Source: Spirochaetota bacterium | GTDB taxonomy: Bacteria; Spirochaetota; UBA4802; UBA5550 | Reading direction: 5' to 3' | Assembly (NCBI GenBank): GCA_963664815.2 | Contig: CAXXHB010000003.1 | Span: 2,272,001-2,336,000, forward strand | DNA: 64,000 nucleotides | Shown: positions 60,568 to 64,000 of the stretch, piece after piece | Layout: each line of letters opens with the position of its first letter | Position numbering within the stretch: the stretch's first letter is position 1 | The notes under the pieces: generated by a model | Database searches by the model: none | What the model saw: the letters and a program-made list of their open reading frames with translations, nothing else | Told to the model about the DNA's origin: nothing | Made by a program: the position numbers and the translations under genes

Positions 60568-63411
60568 CTATATTTTTTCCAGTTCAATAACCTTTGTCGC
60601 CATCTCGCGGAATGTCGCATCATGAGTAACCACAAGAGCCTGTTCAAGACCTTTAAGCATTTCATAAAGGGAAAGGCTTAATGCCTCCCTTTTCTCCGCA
60701 TCAAGGTTAATTGTCGGTTCATCAAAGATTACAAAACGGCAGTCTGTCATTTCAGACGCAAGTGCAGACCTTATTGAAAGTGCAACAGCCACCTGCTCAC
60801 CCCCCGAAAGCATATTATAGCGCCGTTTACCGGCAGATGATGCTATCGAAACAAGATACTGCTCCTCGTCATTCTCCCAGAGTATTCTCTCACCCCTGCC
60901 TGTCATTCTCTGAAAGTTTACTGTCGCGGCAGCCGCGATCATTTTTGTCCTTCTTTCAGATATATAGGGACCGAGTATTTTAATATTTTCGCGGAAAGTA
61001 ATTGCAGCATCCCTTTTCCTGTTAATCTCATCAATCTCCCTGCTCTTCAGTTCAATTTCAACCTCGAGCTTTTTATTCTCCTCCATCTCCCTGGATGCTA
61101 TATCAAATGCAGATTTCAGACTTATAAGACGGCTGTTCACTCTCTGTAATTCATTTTTAAGACCGGAGTATAAACCAACAGCCCTTTCATGATTTTCCGC
61201 GCTGTATACAACAGCATTCTGCTGCTCTATTGCCGATCTCCGTGACTCAAGCAGCCGGTTTATACTTTCATTTTCCCCATTCAATCTCAGACAGAGGTTT
61301 TCCTTTTCTGCTGATTTCTGTGCGGCCCTGCGATACTTCTGATCAAGGGGTTCAAGCTTTTTCAGCTTTTCACCGTTTTCAGCTGATTTTCTCTTCAGCT
61401 CAGTGAGCGGCAACAGATCCGTTTTATACTCTTCCGCCGTTTTTTTCCTGTTTTCCAGTTCATTGCTATATGCTTCAATCTGTTCAACAGTCATCGCCGA
61501 TTCTTCCTCTGCTGAATTAATCCTCCGGGTTGTGTCATTTAAAAATTTTTCTCTTTTTTTATATTCGTCATGTTTATCATGCAACATTTCTGAAATACCT
61601 GAAATCCTTGTACTGATACCTGATACTTCACCCTGCATCTCTGCCGAAGCAGTCATGTAATCATCGTTCTTAATACTTTCAGCATCTTTTCCGCTGATCC
61701 CTGTAAAAAGCTTTGCAATGGCAAGAGAGTATTCAGCCGCGCTCTGCTTACATTCAGACTCTTCTTTCCGGTATCTCATCGCTTCATGAATATTTTTTCT
61801 CAGGGCATTAAGCTGTTCCATCTTTACGCTCCTGCCGCTGCCGCACTTTTTTATCCGTACATCAATATCACTGTATTCTTTCAATTCAGCATCAAGTTCA
61901 GAGATTTTAGATACTATATCATTTTTTTTCGGTTTGAAATAGTCAGAAATGCTCCCTGCATTTTCAATATTTTTACACTGCTCCTTAAGATATGGGCATC
62001 TCAGTTCTGCAAGTTCACGTTCGGCATCATCAAGTTCGGTTAACAGTGTATTATAGTGAGTAATAAAGCTGTTAAGACTGTCACGCTTTACTTTCATCTC
62101 TTCAAGCAGAGAATTCTCCTCTTCATATTCAGTTATCTCTGCCAACAGAATCTCCTCACCGGAAGAAGCCTCCTCCGCTCTTACCGCGAGAACCTCTTTC
62201 CCTGATGATTCCTCACATGCCTGTTTATACTTTTTATACAGATCGTCAAATAATCTTTTCCTTTTAATCAGAGAGGATAGTTCATCCTGATATATAACCT
62301 TATCCTTTTCAAGTTGAACAACTGTTTCCGATAATTTTCCGATCTCCTTACAAATCTCTTCAATACTTAATTTATCACTTTCCGTCTGTTGTTTCAGCCT
62401 TTTAACTTCACCTTCAGCTTCGGCCTTCACCTTTTCAAGTTTTGAAATTTCATCTTTATTCTTATTGAACTCTTTTTCAACCTTTTCCAGTACATATATT
62501 TCTTTTGTAATTATATCCTGTTGTTCTTTAATCTTTTCATATTCATCATGCTGAGGTTTCAGTTCTGTTTCAATAACAGCGGCTTCCTCTGCAGTTTTAA
62601 GATCAGATTTAACAGTTTCTATCTGTTTTTTCCGGTCATCAATCTGTGATGTTATTCCATTTATGCTTATCTGAAGTTTTTCTTTCAGGCTTTTTGCATT
62701 ATCAGATTCCCTGACACTGCTTTCTGCCACATCAATTTTTCTGATAGTTTCAGTACATATCTTTTCTGCTTCACGGTATTCATTTCCGGCATCATCATAA
62801 ATCTTTTTCAGTTCATCAGTATTTTTTAACTGTGATTGTTTAGTCTCAAGTCCGGCTCCGGCGTATGCATTTTTTTTATCATATTGATCACAGACCTGTT
62901 TCAGTATACCCTTATACATCTGCCGGTAAATTTCTGTTCCGAATATCGAGTTGAAAACATTCTCGCGTTCTGCCGGTGTTTCATCAAAAATTGACGTAAA
63001 TCTGTTCTGTGAGGCAACAATCACATTTTCAAACAGTGAGAGATTACCCGAAATGTTTCCTATTAATACATTCACCGTTTTATAAACCTCATTTACCCCC
63101 GTTACAATTTTCCTCGATCCCCCTTCATTAAGCGAAACCTGCCCTGATGGAAACTTTCTTGTTACCTGGTAAGTATTTCTGTCATTCGCAGTAAATTCCA
63201 ATTTTACATAACCTGAAGATTCGTTGATTGTCAGCGTGTCTTCAGCAGTTGATCTGAGCTTCATATTGAAAAGAGCAAATCCTATGGCGTCCAGTATACT
63301 TGTTTTACCGGAACCGTTTTCTCCCAGTATAAGGTTGATCCCCTGCTCGAATTCAAATGAAGATTCTTTATGATTTCTGAAATTTTTCAGTTCAATCCGG
63401 TTAATCCGCAT
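60568..63411 (-). CDS. sbcC: SbcC/Rad50-like SMC ATPase
   Basis: GENGSGKTS, Q-loop, long coiled coil, LSGGEQ, FDEPTINLD, VVTHD; overlaps the sbcD end. Confidence 0.92.
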   Translation of the reverse strand: MRINRIELKNFRNHKESSFEFEQGINLILGENGSGKTSILDAIGFALFNMKLRSTAEDTLTINESSGYVKLEFTANDRNTYQVTRKFPSGQVSLNEGGSRKIVTGVNEVYKTVNVLIGNISGNLSLFENVIVASQNRFTSIFDETPAERENVFNSIFGTEIYRQMYKGILKQVCDQYDKKNAYAGAGLETKQSQLKNTDELKKIYDDAGNEYREAEKICTETIRKIDVAESSVRESDNAKSLKEKLQISINGITSQIDDRKKQIETVKSDLKTAEEAAVIETELKPQHDEYEKIKEQQDIITKEIYVLEKVEKEFNKNKDEISKLEKVKAEAEGEVKRLKQQTESDKLSIEEICKEIGKLSETVVQLEKDKVIYQDELSSLIKRKRLFDDLYKKYKQACEESSGKEVLAVRAEEASSGEEILLAEITEYEEENSLLEEMKVKRDSLNSFITHYNTLLTELDDAERELAELRCPYLKEQCKNIENAGSISDYFKPKKNDIVSKISELDAELKEYSDIDVRIKKCGSGRSVKMEQLNALRKNIHEAMRYRKEESECKQSAAEYSLAIAKLFTGISGKDAESIKNDDYMTASAEMQGEVSGISTRISGISEMLHDKHDEYKKREKFLNDTTRRINSAEEESAMTVEQIEAYSNELENRKKTAEEYKTDLLPLTELKRKSAENGEKLKKLEPLDQKYRRAAQKSAEKENLCLRLNGENESINRLLESRRSAIEQQNAVVYSAENHERAVGLYSGLKNELQRVNSRLISLKSAFDIASREMEENKKLEVEIELKSREIDEINRKRDAAITFRENIKILGPYISERRTKMIAAAATVNFQRMTGRGERILWENDEEQYLVSIASSAGKRRYNMLSGGEQVAVALSIRSALASEMTDCRFVIFDEPTINLDAEKREALSLSLYEMLKGLEQALVVTHDATFREMATKVIELEKI

Positions 63412-64000
63412 CTTTAATCACCCCTGTAAGGTCATCAATCATCCGGTCAACAATTTCAAATGCGTTTGCTTCATTCTGCATCTCAATCTGCAGCTTTTTA
63501 ATCTCCGGAAGGTATAAATTTACTATTTTCCCTGCACTTTCATATGAATACCCTGCTGAAACAAAGTTTTCAGTTTCAATTGATTCAGTTGTTATAGCCT
63601 TTTCCTGATCTGCACCAAAGTACGAACCGGACTCATCATATGTAAATGACACTTTTGCCTTTAAAGCCCCGGCTGACTCAATTTTCCTTTCACACATTAC
63701 AGTATCAGGATAGAGAGAGTCACTTATTCTGAATGAGCATATTACAACCGAATCCCTTTGAATATCCGCAGAAGAGAGCCATAAGTCAAACTCCACGGTG
63801 AAATCATCCTCTCTCCCGGAAAGGAATGTGTGGCTTTTCAGAATTCTGGTTCGTCTTTTTGTACTTATATTATCACGGATACCGGTTTCTGTATCAAAGA
63901 CAATGAAAAACTTTTCATCGCTCTCCGCCATGTCCCAGTATTCAGGAGAACCGGGTACAAAAAAATATGGATCATTTGCAGGGTAGTGACTATATGAATG
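63401..64000 (-). CDS. sbcD: SbcD/Mre11-like nuclease, 3' part (5' end outside the window)
   Basis: Frame open to the window edge: HSYSHYPANDPYFFVPGSPEYWD (PGSPE metallophosphoesterase motif); adjacent to sbcC. Confidence 0.8.
   Translation of the reverse strand, partial: HSYSHYPANDPYFFVPGSPEYWDMAESDEKFFIVFDTETGIRDNISTKRRTRILKSHTFLSGREDDFTVEFDLWLSSADIQRDSVVICSFRISDSLYPDTVMCERKIESAGALKAKVSFTYDESGSYFGADQEKAITTESIETENFVSAGYSYESAGKIVNLYLPEIKKLQIEMQNEANAFEIVDRMIDDLTGVIKDAD

Overview
AT-rich bacterial chromosomal segment from a diderm, probably anaerobic organism. The MCP, FecR/LipL45-like lipoprotein, MORN, FGE and Omp85-type proteins look Spirochaetota-like, but this is inference. Contents in order: (1) 0-15 kb, acyl-CoA catabolism (CoA-transferase, two TetR, cyclase, AidB-like acyl-CoA dehydrogenase, ung, biotin-dependent carboxylase, radical 2-hydroxyacyl-CoA dehydratase/benzoyl-CoA reductase-like triad); (2) nitroreductase-LysR-selD, with SelD a selenoprotein (in-frame UGA plus SECIS hairpin, missed by the ORF track); (3) tRNA-Pro/Arg/His cluster; (4) envelope and signalling genes; (5) a phosphate locus (pstS, pstB, phoU, phoB, phoR, pit) with matching Pho boxes but no pstC/pstA; (6) an ArsR-led operon with a naturally split GshF, an ABC exporter and cysE; (7) many small exported proteins; (8) sbcC and partial sbcD. 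No integrase, transposase, reverse transcriptase, rRNA or true CRISPR array was seen. The most unusual non-coding signal is a recurring intergenic element (TTTTA-CAY-TAAAA core plus a covarying hairpin) upstream of exported-protein genes, expanded into a five-unit, ~37-bp tandem array at 48.9 kb.
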